Part shown: piece by piece, positions 37,316 through 47,580 of the stretch | Position numbering within the stretch: position 1 is the stretch's first letter | How the letters are laid out: every line of letters starts with the position of its first letter | IMG/VR virus record: IMGVR_UViG_3300008110_010000 | Coordinates: 8,199-72,198 of that record | Source: a virus | Length of the DNA stretch: 64,000 nucleotides | Strand: one strand, 5' to 3' | Made by a program: the position numbers and the translations under genes | The notes under the pieces: model-generated | Told to the model about the DNA's origin: nothing | Seen by the model: the letters and a program-made list of their open reading frames with translations, nothing else | The model's database searches: none

Positions 37316-39495
37316 GTAAAAAATTATCTATAATAATTCCCTCACTAAACAGGGAAAAATTACTTATAAGTTCTATCAATAGCATAGTAGAAATTTTTAA
37401 TTCATTCAACTTTCAAGATTATGATGTACATGCTATAGTAAATGGGTCAAACAAAAATACAACAGAAAAAATTAGAGAGAATATTTTTTTACATCATCAT
37501 GAAAAAAAATTGAATCCTGGAATAGCGAGAAATATAGGAATTGAAAAAAGCGACTCTGAGTGGATTTGGTTTATTGACGACGACGATGAAATAGTAGGTG
37601 AAAACATATCAAAAGTAATAGATTTTTTATACGACAAAAATGGTAATCATGGATTCGATTTAATAGCTCATTCTTTAAAAAATAAATACATTCCGGAAGA
37701 TAATAAGAGATCTCTATTGGAAAATGTTTGTTTTTTTAAAGAAAAACAGGAGGCATTCAATTACATTTTCAAAAGAGATTTAATAAAAAAGCATAATATA
37801 TTATTTTCCGACGGATTACACGAGGATATCAGATACGTAACAGAACTGATAATAAATTCCTCCATCATTAAAATATTTGATTTTTTCCTGTATAAAAAAA
37901 TTAACCGGGATGATTCGATAACTAAAAATCTCAATCCATCTAGAATAGATGGATATTTACTAGCAATCAGCGAGATTCAATCACTAGATAGCGATGAAAT
38001 TTCTTCGATGTCTAATGGAATAGTGACACAGTGTCTAGGAACTATCCTATATCTAATAAACAAATCCCAAAATAAGTTGGAGCTACTAGAATATCTGGAC
38101 AGCAAATTCACATTTTATCTAAGATCAAAAATAACCGAAACGTATAGTGAAAAAGATACTAATTTCAAATACGCTGTTTCTCTTTACATTAATAAGAAAG
38201 ACAATCTAGTATTTCTTGAAAGATTAAACGAATGCTTTTCTAGCTATCTCTCTTGTAGAGATCTAAAAAACTCAATATTTCTTGGTCCGAAAGAAATAAT
38301 AGGATGCTGTAAAAGATTCTTTTATAATGGTAAGATGAAGGGTGACATCGTTTTAATGTCGGAATCAATAGATGTTAATTTAGATTCTATACTTAAAAGA
38401 AAGGCTGAGGTTGAAGATGGGATAAATTCACAGACATATGAACCTTGTGAGGGGTGCCCTTATATAGAAAGATATAGTAGATTAGAAAATAAAAAAATAA
38501 ACTACATAAGCTTAGAAAATTTCACTTATTGCAACATGCGTTGTACTTATTGTTCTCCTAAATATTATGGGGGTAAAGAAGCAGTATACAACACTCATGA
38601 TATAATTAGTCAATTAATAGATGGTGAATATCTTGACGATAAAGTACACGTTGTTTGGGGAGGGGGAGAGCCAACATTACAAAGGGAATTTGGGGAAATA
38701 ACAGAGAAACTAATAAACATAGAAAATGTCTATAAGATAAGAGTTCTTACAAACAGTCTAAGATTTTCAAACGATCTTTATAACCTAGCATCGAATGATA
38801 AAATAAGGATAGTTACTAGTATAGATGCAGGAACTCAAGATGTATTTAAAAATATCAGGGGAAAAGGAGAAATTTTAACAGTTTTAGAGAACCTAAAAAA
38901 ATATACAGAGCAAACCAAGGATCCAGAGAATCTAACTTTAAAATACATTCTAACTGAACAAAACTATCATTCCAATCAGTTAGAACAATTTGTAAAAACT
39001 ATAAAAGAATTTGGATTTGAAAACAATTTTGTCCAAATAAGTTGTAATTTTTTATATGATCATCTGGGTGATGAGATAATATTTTCAATATACGAATTAG
39101 CAGCTAGACTATTAAATAATGGATTTAAGTTTGTTTATTTTGATGATTTAATCCGTGACAGATTAGCTATAAGTGAGGATATTGCGGATAAAGTAATCAA
39201 TTATTTGTCGGAAAAATACCTCTATCACGATGATATAATTTCTTATAAGAGTAATAAACGGGTAGTTCTTTGGGGAGATGGATACCAATCTAGATGGATA
39301 AAAAACAGCACAACCTTTGGAAAATCTAATAAAATAAGGGGAATCGTTTCCGATATAAATGGATTTAACAATTTGAATTTAAATGTGGGTTTTACAGTAT
39401 CCCCTGCCGCAATCCAACAATTACCAGACATATTTAAGGAAATTAAGAAGGAAAAAGATGTCTATAATAAATTGAAATTCCACATATTTCTATAA
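37312..39495 (+). CDS. fusion protein: N-terminal GT2-family glycosyltransferase + C-terminal radical SAM domain
   Basis: LSIIIPSLNREKLL and FIDDDDE (GT2 DxD) in the first ~250 aa. C-terminal half has FTYCNMRCTYC (C-x3-C-x2-C) and a VVWGGGEPTL glycine-rich SAM motif. Confidence 0.6.
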   Translation: MSKKLSIIIPSLNREKLLISSINSIVEIFNSFNFQDYDVHAIVNGSNKNTTEKIRENIFLHHHEKKLNPGIARNIGIEKSDSEWIWFIDDDDEIVGENISKVIDFLYDKNGNHGFDLIAHSLKNKYIPEDNKRSLLENVCFFKEKQEAFNYIFKRDLIKKHNILFSDGLHEDIRYVTELIINSSIIKIFDFFLYKKINRDDSITKNLNPSRIDGYLLAISEIQSLDSDEISSMSNGIVTQCLGTILYLINKSQNKLELLEYLDSKFTFYLRSKITETYSEKDTNFKYAVSLYINKKDNLVFLERLNECFSSYLSCRDLKNSIFLGPKEIIGCCKRFFYNGKMKGDIVLMSESIDVNLDSILKRKAEVEDGINSQTYEPCEGCPYIERYSRLENKKINYISLENFTYCNMRCTYCSPKYYGGKEAVYNTHDIISQLIDGEYLDDKVHVVWGGGEPTLQREFGEITEKLINIENVYKIRVLTNSLRFSNDLYNLASNDKIRIVTSIDAGTQDVFKNIRGKGEILTVLENLKKYTEQTKDPENLTLKYILTEQNYHSNQLEQFVKTIKEFGFENNFVQISCNFLYDHLGDEIIFSIYELAARLLNNGFKFVYFDDLIRDRLAISEDIADKVINYLSEKYLYHDDIISYKSNKRVVLWGDGYQSRWIKNSTTFGKSNKIRGIVSDINGFNNLNLNVGFTVSPAAIQQLPDIFKEIKKEKDVYNKLKFHIFL

Positions 39496-39521
39496 TAGAA
39501 TATTTTTAAAGAGAATTATAA

Positions 39522-40622
39522 ATGAAAAATAAAAAATTAAAAGTTTCTGTCATAGGAGGGGGTATAAATTCTGCAGTGGGATACGCACACTATTCTGCTA
39601 TTAAGCTTTCAAACAAGTTCGAGATAACCTGCGGAAATTTTAGCAGAAATTCAAAGACTAATAGGGAAAGCGCTGAAATATATGGAGTGAATAAAGTTTA
39701 TAGCGACTATAGGACTATGCTGTTGGAAGAAAAAAATAATATAGATGCAGTTGTAATATTAACCCCTACGGATCAGCATTATGATCAGTTAGACCTTGCA
39801 ATAAGCTTAGGAATCCCTATTGTTTGTGAGAAATGCTTGATCGCTAATAATTTGGAATTAGAAAAACTGAAGGAGAAACAATCTAATAATTTCATAGCAG
39901 TTGTTTTCAATTATCTCTGTTATCCTATGTTGAAGGAATTAAAAAGCATAATTGATTCGGGTGGAATTGGAAAAATTTTACAGATTCAAATCGAGATGCC
40001 GCAAGAAGGATTTCTTAGGCACATGAACGGATTACCACTTAAACCACAAAAATGGAGATTAGTGGATGGAAGAGTTCCCACCCTTTCTCTTGATCTAGCA
40101 ACGCACACATATTCTATAGTAAGATTTTTAACATCACAAAATCCTTTAGAGGTTATTGCAGTCGAAAGTAGTTTTGGAAATTTTCCTGGAATAGTTGATG
40201 ATATAAATTGCATAATTAAATACACGAATGATATAATTTGTAATATGTGGTATAGTAAAACCGCATTAGGGAATAGAAATGGATTAAGGGTTAGAATATT
40301 TGGGTCTGATGGAAGTGCAGAATGGTACCAATTAGAACCAGAAGTAATTCACATGTCAGATAAAAGTGGAAAGATATCTTTGCTAGATAGGGGATCTGAA
40401 GGATTATTAACAGCTAATGAATTCAAATATAATAGATTCAAAGTTGGGCATCCTGTAGGATTTATTGAATCCCTCGCTAATTTTTATGAGGACGTCTATG
40501 ATGATTTTAAAAAAAGTCATGATGATCGCGTTACATATGGTCTAGAGCAATCAGAGGAGTGTATTAAACTGCTAGAGGCAATATCTAAGTCATCCGAAGA
40601 AAAATCTTGGCAATCCTTATGA
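39522..40622 (+). CDS. Gfo/Idh/MocA-family NAD(P)-dependent oxidoreductase
   Basis: N-terminal Rossmann KVSVIGGGINSAVGYAH with Gfo/Idh/MocA-like architecture. Confidence 0.5.
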   Translation: MKNKKLKVSVIGGGINSAVGYAHYSAIKLSNKFEITCGNFSRNSKTNRESAEIYGVNKVYSDYRTMLLEEKNNIDAVVILTPTDQHYDQLDLAISLGIPIVCEKCLIANNLELEKLKEKQSNNFIAVVFNYLCYPMLKELKSIIDSGGIGKILQIQIEMPQEGFLRHMNGLPLKPQKWRLVDGRVPTLSLDLATHTYSIVRFLTSQNPLEVIAVESSFGNFPGIVDDINCIIKYTNDIICNMWYSKTALGNRNGLRVRIFGSDGSAEWYQLEPEVIHMSDKSGKISLLDRGSEGLLTANEFKYNRFKVGHPVGFIESLANFYEDVYDDFKKSHDDRVTYGLEQSEECIKLLEAISKSSEEKSWQSL

Positions 40623-41782
40623 AAAAAATTTTACTGCTCGATACTAACGTTTCATCGTTTCCTATTTATAATTTTTTGGTTAACGAGGGATATGAAGTTT
40701 ATGTTGCTGGATCAAAAGAAAATGATTGTCTGGCAAAATGCTCTACTAATTATATTTTTTTAGACTATTCCAGAATAGAAGAATTAAACAAAATAATTGA
40801 AGATTATAAATTTGATTATATTGTTCCAGGGTGTAACGACATGTCTTATGCTTGTGTTACTAAAATAAATAAATCTAGAAAATTTCCTGGATTAGATCCG
40901 ACTGAAATTTGCGAAACTATTAATAATAAATCGATGTTTAGAGATTTTGCAATTTCGAATGGATTAAATGTTCCCAAGGTTTATTCTTTAAAAGATGCTT
41001 ATTGTGTTAATGTTCCACTAATAATAAAACCAGTTGATGCTTATAGCGGGAGAGGGATTTCTATAGTAAACGAACCAAACAAGATGTTACTAGATTTGGC
41101 TGTTGAAAATGCTATAAAATTTTCAAAAGACAAAAAATATGTAATAGAAGAATACAAAACAGGTCAGCTATACAGTCATTCTGCATTTATAGAAAACAAA
41201 AAGATAGTAAAAGATTTTATAGTTGTAGAAAATTGTACTGCCAATCCTTTTACTGTGGATTCTAGTTATGTTGTACATGATGACTTTCCTGTTAATTTGC
41301 TAGAATCAATAAGGAAAGATATAGAGATAATAGCAAAAATTTTAAAATTAGAGGATGGTCTTATTCATACGCAATTTATAAGGTCTGGAGATTCTTTTTA
41401 TATAATAGAGGTTACCAGAAGATGTCCGGGGGATTTGTATAGCTTGCTGATTGAAAAATCTACAAATTTTAAATATTCACAAAATTATGTTAGACCTTTT
41501 ATTGGGAAAAAAATAATACAATCCACATCAGAAGAAATTAAAAAATACATTTTTAGACACACTATATCTAGCGATGCAGACCTTTTTTCGATTGGAATTG
41601 AATTTAAAAACGAATTGGATATAGATTTATACATTTCTCTTTCTGTTACTGGGGATGAAATGAAAAAATCACCATTCAGTAGATTTGGTCTGGTCTTCAT
41701 TAAATGTAACGATCAGAAGGATCTTGAGAATAAATACGGCCTAGCTTTGAGGAGAGAACTATATTATTATAAGAGTATATAG
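40607..41782 (+). CDS. ATP-grasp family ligase
   Basis: PLIIKPVDAYSGRGISIV is an ATP-grasp phosphate-binding loop. N-terminal pre-ATP-grasp domain. Confidence 0.5.
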   Translation: MAILMKKILLLDTNVSSFPIYNFLVNEGYEVYVAGSKENDCLAKCSTNYIFLDYSRIEELNKIIEDYKFDYIVPGCNDMSYACVTKINKSRKFPGLDPTEICETINNKSMFRDFAISNGLNVPKVYSLKDAYCVNVPLIIKPVDAYSGRGISIVNEPNKMLLDLAVENAIKFSKDKKYVIEEYKTGQLYSHSAFIENKKIVKDFIVVENCTANPFTVDSSYVVHDDFPVNLLESIRKDIEIIAKILKLEDGLIHTQFIRSGDSFYIIEVTRRCPGDLYSLLIEKSTNFKYSQNYVRPFIGKKIIQSTSEEIKKYIFRHTISSDADLFSIGIEFKNELDIDLYISLSVTGDEMKKSPFSRFGLVFIKCNDQKDLENKYGLALRRELYYYKSI

Positions 41783-41798
41783 AGATATTTTTATAGAA

Positions 41799-42122
41799 AT
41801 GATTACAGTAACTGAAAAAGCAGCACAAAGAATTAAATACCTAATAGAAGAAGCAGAAGATTCTAAGTTTTATCTAAGAGTATCTGTTAAAGGGGGAGGA
41901 TGTAGCGGACTTTCATATGATTTATCATTTGATGACGAGATGAACGAAAAAGACACTCTTTATGAAGATAAAGCAGTTAAAATATTAGTGGATAATAAAT
42001 CCATTCTTTATCTGTTTGGAACTGAACTAGACTTCTCTGACGGACTTAACGGTAAGGGATTTCAGTTCGTAAATCCTAATGCCTCCCGCACATGTGGATG
42101 TGGAGAAAGCTTTGCTGTGTAG
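41799..42122 (+). CDS. A-type iron-sulfur cluster carrier (IscA/HesB/ErpA family)
   Basis: 107 aa with a GGGCSG block and C-terminal RTCGCGESF: the three conserved Cys of HesB/IscA. Confidence 0.75.
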   Translation: MITVTEKAAQRIKYLIEEAEDSKFYLRVSVKGGGCSGLSYDLSFDDEMNEKDTLYEDKAVKILVDNKSILYLFGTELDFSDGLNGKGFQFVNPNASRTCGCGESFAV

Positions 42123-42138
42123 CTTGATATATAGCTAC

Positions 42139-42831
42139 ATGATAAAGGGGTTTTCTGAATACATTAACGAAGCTTATAGCAATCCTAAAAATTATACGGA
42201 TTTAAAATACGGAAATCCACAAAAGTGGCAAAAAGAAGCCATGGACAGAGGATCTAACCTTTTAAAATCTGTCAAAGAATCAAATCTTTGGGAAAAATGG
42301 ACTTCTAGTTTACCTCCCAATCAAGATTCAGAGGAGGTAAAATCCGATTTACAAAATTTAATTCTCATGGGAAATTCTTTAACCGAGGAGGAAAAAGAGT
42401 TTGTAAAGGATTCAGAAAATGATATGCTAGGAATCTTTGAGAAATTTTTAAAGTTAAATGGGGTTGATTCTATTAAGAAAGAAGATTTGGAATCGGTAAC
42501 AGATGAATTGGATCCGATCACTTTTATTTTAAAATATCAGTTTAACTATCCTAGACCACTTCAACTGGCTCTTGTCCACGACATACCCCTTTATCCAGAG
42601 CAGCCAACTAACGCTTGCAGTCCCGCTTATCCTTCCGGACACTCAATAGATGCTTTTGTGATTGCTGGATTGATTGCTAAAAAATACCCTCAACTTGCCG
42701 ATGATGTTTCTAAGCTTTCTGAAAGAGTTTCTATGACTAGAAACCTGGGAGGAATACATTTCACGTTTGATTCATCCTTTGGTAAAGAAATAGCAGAAGA
42801 TATACTTTCTTTGGATCTTTTATCCCTTTAG
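42139..42831 (+). CDS. PAP2-superfamily phosphatase (acid phosphatase/haloperoxidase-like)
   Basis: NYPRP, YPSGHS and SRVSMTRNLGGIHFTFD match the K-x6-RP / PSGH / SR-x5-H-x3-D PAP2 motifs. Start moved to the internal ATG at 42139 to avoid overlap with the IscA-like gene. Confidence 0.55.
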   Translation: MIKGFSEYINEAYSNPKNYTDLKYGNPQKWQKEAMDRGSNLLKSVKESNLWEKWTSSLPPNQDSEEVKSDLQNLILMGNSLTEEEKEFVKDSENDMLGIFEKFLKLNGVDSIKKEDLESVTDELDPITFILKYQFNYPRPLQLALVHDIPLYPEQPTNACSPAYPSGHSIDAFVIAGLIAKKYPQLADDVSKLSERVSMTRNLGGIHFTFDSSFGKEIAEDILSLDLLSL

Positions 42832-42948
42832 AAAAATAGTTTAACCGATTAAACTTTCCCGTTTGTTTTATTGAATATATAAATTGGGCTTGATAAAAGG
42901 ATATCTCATTGATACACTAATCATGCTGGAGAAATTGTATGAATTATT

Positions 42949-45900
42949 ATGGCAAATTATAGAATTTTAGGACAAGAAACTGTTAACAATTCGGTAAGTC
43001 CGGGACCTACCCTTGTAACACTTTATACGGTTCCTCAAAATGCTTCCATTCTAATCAATGCAATAACCGGATATAATGAGGGATTTAATAGTGGATATCT
43101 TACCGTTGCAGTAAAAAGGAACGGGGACGAGGACTATTCTCCAGATCAAATTGTTATAAATACTCCCTTAGCACCCGGTGCTTCAATACAAATTTCTCCT
43201 CAATTTTCTCCTGTTGGTTTAACTGCCGGCGACGTAATACTTTTAGTTGGTAATTATTCTCCTGCCCCTACAACAGTAGCGGTAACCTTATTCGGTGAAG
43301 ACGGGGCTTCTAGCGGTGGATCCGGCAATGCAGGAACATCCGGAACTTCAGGAAACAGTGGGGGCTCAAGTACTTCAGGAAGTAATGGTACTAGCGGGAC
43401 TTCGGGAACTAATGGATCTACAGGAACTGGTGGTACTAGTGGTACCTCTGGAATGAACGGATCTATCGGAACTAATGGTACGAGTGGAACCTCAGGTGAA
43501 ACCTTCGGAACTAGTGGAACGTCAGGGGCAGCTGGTGCTCCTGGAGCAGCGGGATCTTCTGGAACATCTGGGGTTTCCGGAGCATCTGGTTCTTCTGGAA
43601 CCTCTGGGGTTTCCGGAGCATCCGGTTCTTCCGGAACATCGGGAAATTCAGGTTCTTCTGGAACATCTGGGATTTCCGGGGCATCTGGTTCTTCCGGAAC
43701 ATCAGGAAATTCGGGATCCTCTGGTACATCAGGAAATTCGGGAACCTCTGGTACTTCGGGAGAATCTGGTTCTGCTGGTACATCCGGATCATCTGGAACA
43801 TCAGGAAACTCCGGGTCATCCGGTACATCAGGAAACTCCGGGTCCTCCGGTACATCAGGAAATTCGGGAACCTCTGGTACTTCTGGGGAATCTGGCTCTT
43901 CTGGAACATCAGGATTCTCTGGGTCCTCCGGAACATCAGGAAACTCCGGGTCATCCGGTACATCAGGATCCTCTGGAGAACCCGGTTCTGCCGGAACATC
44001 GGGATCCTCAGGTACATCTGGTACATCAGGAAACTCCGGGTCATCCGGTACATCAGGGTCATCCGGTACATCAGGGTCCTCTGGTACATCTGGTGCTGAT
44101 GGTACATCCGGTTCTTCCGGAACCTCGGGAAACCCTGGATCATCAGGGACCTCTGGAACATCAGGAAACTCTGGATCATCGGGGACCTCCGGATCCGCTG
44201 GAACTTCTGGTTTAAGCGGAATATCTGCAGGACAGATTTATTATTTTAACCAATCTCAGTCTTCTGACATTTCTCCATATAAAGTCCTTAGTGTTTACCC
44301 ATCAGGAGCTGCTGAACAAACAGTTCCTATGGTATTAACGGGCGGGCAATTGAATGTTCTGGTAAGTCAATTCCTGACCCCCGAATTGGGATTTGCTGTA
44401 ATTCCACCAGGCACTCAGAGATTTCATCTGCATTTTTTAAAACAACAGTTTAATGATGACATAGATGGCTATGTTACCATAGAACTTGCAAATTCGTCAG
44501 GTGTAGGATATGGCACTATTATTCAATCAAACAAAGCTTTAATTGGATGGGTGAGTGTTTCTCAATCTTATGAGCTGTTGGTTGATATTGTTTTACCTTC
44601 AGTATACATAAACACCACAGACAGAATGATTGTCAAGGTTTACGTTGACAATAATGAAGCAACCGTCAGAAATTTAACTTGGTACACAGAGGGGGCTCAA
44701 AACTATTCATATGTAATCACATCGGTTGGAGCAATTGTAGCAAGCTCTGGAACGTCAGGGAGTTCTGGAACTAGTGGATCAAGCGGAACTTCGGGATCCG
44801 GGGGTTCATCAGGAACTAGCGGATCTAGTGGATCGGAGGGAACTTCAGGTAGCTCTGGTACTTCCGGCAGTTCTGGAACCTCTGGAGAAGATGGAACTTC
44901 AGGTAGCTCTGGTACTTCCGGCAGTTCTGGAACCTCTGGAGAAGATGGAACTTCGGGATCTGGGGGTTCATCAGGAACTAGCGGATCTAGTGGATCGGAG
45001 GGAACTTCAGGTAGCTCTGGTACTTCGGGAACCTCTGGAGAAGATGGAACTTCAGGTAGCTCTGGTACTTCGGGAACCTCTGGAGAAGATGGAACTAGTG
45101 GATCTTCAGGTACATCAGGAACCTCGGGGGTGTGCGAGTGTCCACACAGCTACACTATCACGGCTCCAACGGATATCACGTGTTACTCTTTAACAAATGA
45201 CGGAGATCCCGACAACGTAAATAGTACAAACTATCTCGATTGTAACGGGAATCCTGCGGTCATTTACAATAAAATTTTTCTCACACCAGCTACTTATTTC
45301 TGTGCTCAGACCGGATCTGTTACAACTGATTCGGGGCTCACTGTAATATCAGTACCTGATGATCCTGGATCTTGCGACGGATGTTGCGATGGATATGCTT
45401 ATTCTTATACCGACGAAACAGATACTATCATAAGTGGAATCATATATGACGGAGAATCTCTAACTTTCTGTGCGATCCCAGGATCTGTAGTTTGGTCCCA
45501 TACAATAGTAGACAATGGGCATTGTGTAGGAAGTTCAGGTACTTCCGGCAGTTCTGGTTCGAATGGTACGTCAGGTAGCTCTGGTACTTCCGGCAGTTCT
45601 GGATCTTCTGGGACATCAGGAACTGATGGTTCCTCCGGTAGTACAGGTACTTCTGGTTCTTCCGGCAGTTCTGGATCTTCTGGGACATCAGGAACTGATG
45701 GTTCCTCCGGTAGTACAGGTACTTCTGGATCCTCAGGGTCATCTGGAACTTCCGGAACTGATGGATCTTCAGGTACATCAGGTAACTCTGGTTCTTCTGG
45801 AACCTCAGGATCAGCAGGTACATCAGGAAATGAGGGTCCCCCTGGATCTTCGGGAACGTCAGGAATTGATGGAACCAACGGATCGACAGGTTCTTCTGGA

Positions 45901-47580
45901 ACCTCAGGAAACTCTGGTTCTTCAGGTACTTCAGGTACTTCAGGTAGTTCTGGTTCAACTGGTACTTCAGGTAGTTCTGGTTCTTCTGGAACCTCTGGTT
46001 CTTCTGGTTCAACTGGTACTTCAGGTACTTCAGGTACTTCCGGTAGTTCTGGTTCAACTGGTACTTCAGGTAGTTCTGGTTCTTCTGGAACCTCAGGAAA
46101 CTCTGGATCTTCTGGAACCTCTGGAGCATCAGGATCTTCTGGAACCTCAGGAAACTCTGGTTCTTCTGGAACCTCTGGAGCATCAGGTAGTTCTGGTTCT
46201 TCTGGAACCTCTGGAGCATCAGGATCTTCTGGAACCTCAGGAAACTCTGGATCTTCTGGAACCTCAGGAAACTCTGGATCTTCTGGAACCTCTGGAGCAT
46301 CAGGATCTTCTGGAACCTCAGGAAACTCTGGATCTTCTGGAACCTCTGGAGCATCAGGATCTTCTGGAACCTCTGGAGCATCGGGAGCTAATGGATCTTC
46401 TGGAACCTCTGGAGCATCAGGATCTTCTGGAACCTCTGGAGCATCAGGAGCTAATGGATCTTCTGGAACCTCTGGAGCATCAGGAGCTAATGGATCTTCT
46501 GGAACCTCAGGAAACTCTGGTTCTTCTGGAACCTCTGGAGCATCAGGAGCTAATGGATCTTCTGGAACCTCAGGATCTTCTGGAACCCGAGGTTCCTCAG
46601 GAACTTCAGGAGCTTCCGGTGGAAACGGAACATCCGGAACTTCAGGAGCTTCCGGGGGAAGCGGAACATCCGGAACTTCGGGAGCTTCTAGTTCAGCAAT
46701 ATCTAGTAATAACATCGACAACTATGTTGTTACCATGACTGGAAACAATTCCACGCCTTTCCAAGGGGAGCCTAACTTAACATTCGATAATACGAGACTT
46801 TTTGTAACTGGGAAAGTAAGGGTTTATCAAAATCCATTAAGCATAAGTTCAGGAAGTCTTTCTTGGCCTTTAAGATCTGGAGCAAATGCAACAGTTACTT
46901 TAAATCAAAATGTAACTACGTTTACACTTAGCGAATTTGAAGCTGGAGATACTGGGGTATTAATAGTAAAACAAGATGCTACTGGAGGTAGAACAATGGT
47001 ACTTCCCTCTAGTTCACAAGTAGTTGGAGGAGGATCTTATACCCCAACATCCGCTGCAAACTCACAAGACGTTCTTGGAGTTTACTACGACGGAACAACA
47101 TATTTCTGGACCATTGGGCTCGCTAGTGTTACAGGTAACTTACTTACAATAAACAATAATGCAGATCACAGAATATTGACTGCAACTGGTAGTGCTACTT
47201 CGATAGACGGAGAAACAGGATTGACTTATAACAGCAGTACATTAGCAGTAACTGGAGCAATCACAGCAACAGGAGATATCACTGCTTATTCATCTTCGGA
47301 TGAAAGATTAAAGGATAATATTTCGGTTATTCAGGATGCTTTGGAAAAGGTCTCTAGCATAAGAGGAGTGGAATTTGATTGGAACGACAAGGCTCATGAA
47401 GTTAATAGAGGTCACGATCTTGGAGTAATTGCTCAAGAGCTGATTAAAGTTCTTCCTGATGCAGTTAAAGAAAGAGAAGATGGATATTATGGGGTAAGAT
47501 ATGACAGAATTATACCTCTTCTCATAGAGGCTATAAAAGACTTAAGAAAAGAAATAGAAGAACTTAAAAGAGAAAAATAA
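42949..47580 (+). CDS. collagen-like (G-S/T-S/T repeat) fibre protein with Cys-rich insert and C-terminal intramolecular-chaperone (peptidase S74) domain; putative tail fibre
   Basis: Three long Gly-X-Y blocks (GTSGSSGTSGNSG...) where X and Y are almost only Ser/Thr/Asn/Ala. A Cys-rich non-repeat segment (CECPHSYTITAP...CDGCCDGYAY...) interrupts them. The C-terminal SSSDERLKDNISVIQDALEKV...GVEFDW matches the S-D-x-R-L-K-x-N-I autoproteolytic chaperone motif of phage tail fibres/endosialidases. Confidence 0.7.
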   Translation: MANYRILGQETVNNSVSPGPTLVTLYTVPQNASILINAITGYNEGFNSGYLTVAVKRNGDEDYSPDQIVINTPLAPGASIQISPQFSPVGLTAGDVILLVGNYSPAPTTVAVTLFGEDGASSGGSGNAGTSGTSGNSGGSSTSGSNGTSGTSGTNGSTGTGGTSGTSGMNGSIGTNGTSGTSGETFGTSGTSGAAGAPGAAGSSGTSGVSGASGSSGTSGVSGASGSSGTSGNSGSSGTSGISGASGSSGTSGNSGSSGTSGNSGTSGTSGESGSAGTSGSSGTSGNSGSSGTSGNSGSSGTSGNSGTSGTSGESGSSGTSGFSGSSGTSGNSGSSGTSGSSGEPGSAGTSGSSGTSGTSGNSGSSGTSGSSGTSGSSGTSGADGTSGSSGTSGNPGSSGTSGTSGNSGSSGTSGSAGTSGLSGISAGQIYYFNQSQSSDISPYKVLSVYPSGAAEQTVPMVLTGGQLNVLVSQFLTPELGFAVIPPGTQRFHLHFLKQQFNDDIDGYVTIELANSSGVGYGTIIQSNKALIGWVSVSQSYELLVDIVLPSVYINTTDRMIVKVYVDNNEATVRNLTWYTEGAQNYSYVITSVGAIVASSGTSGSSGTSGSSGTSGSGGSSGTSGSSGSEGTSGSSGTSGSSGTSGEDGTSGSSGTSGSSGTSGEDGTSGSGGSSGTSGSSGSEGTSGSSGTSGTSGEDGTSGSSGTSGTSGEDGTSGSSGTSGTSGVCECPHSYTITAPTDITCYSLTNDGDPDNVNSTNYLDCNGNPAVIYNKIFLTPATYFCAQTGSVTTDSGLTVISVPDDPGSCDGCCDGYAYSYTDETDTIISGIIYDGESLTFCAIPGSVVWSHTIVDNGHCVGSSGTSGSSGSNGTSGSSGTSGSSGSSGTSGTDGSSGSTGTSGSSGSSGSSGTSGTDGSSGSTGTSGSSGSSGTSGTDGSSGTSGNSGSSGTSGSAGTSGNEGPPGSSGTSGIDGTNGSTGSSGTSGNSGSSGTSGTSGSSGSTGTSGSSGSSGTSGSSGSTGTSGTSGTSGSSGSTGTSGSSGSSGTSGNSGSSGTSGASGSSGTSGNSGSSGTSGASGSSGSSGTSGASGSSGTSGNSGSSGTSGNSGSSGTSGASGSSGTSGNSGSSGTSGASGSSGTSGASGANGSSGTSGASGSSGTSGASGANGSSGTSGASGANGSSGTSGNSGSSGTSGASGANGSSGTSGSSGTRGSSGTSGASGGNGTSGTSGASGGSGTSGTSGASSSAISSNNIDNYVVTMTGNNSTPFQGEPNLTFDNTRLFVTGKVRVYQNPLSISSGSLSWPLRSGANATVTLNQNVTTFTLSEFEAGDTGVLIVKQDATGGRTMVLPSSSQVVGGGSYTPTSAANSQDVLGVYYDGTTYFWTIGLASVTGNLLTINNNADHRILTATGSATSIDGETGLTYNSSTLAVTGAITATGDITAYSSSDERLKDNISVIQDALEKVSSIRGVEFDWNDKAHEVNRGHDLGVIAQELIKVLPDAVKEREDGYYGVRYDRIIPLLIEAIKDLRKEIEELKREK
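43309..46690 (+). repeat. coding tandem repeats (9-nt GGN-based collagen-like units with higher-order ~54-66 nt repeats)
   Basis: Blocks at ~43309-44210, 44764-45124 and 45541-46690. They create many spurious overlapping ORFs on both strands. Confidence 0.8.

Noticed and set aside
43309-46690. CRISPR array (tandem repeats at 43-47 kb and 60.5 kb)
   Set aside because: The repeats are short in-frame coding units without unique spacers, and they lie inside long ORFs. No cas genes or leader are present.
43475-46738. Six long overlapping ORFs on both strands inside the fibre gene (43475..44215+, 43511..44179-, 44774..45193+, 45405..46721-, 45440..46381-, 45563..46738+)
   Set aside because: They are low-complexity translations (PEVPED..., LQRFQK..., LVLLEP...) produced by the GGN-based collagen-like tandem repeats read in other frames. 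The G-S/T-S/T frame is the only one continuous for 1543 aa with non-repetitive N- and C-terminal domains.
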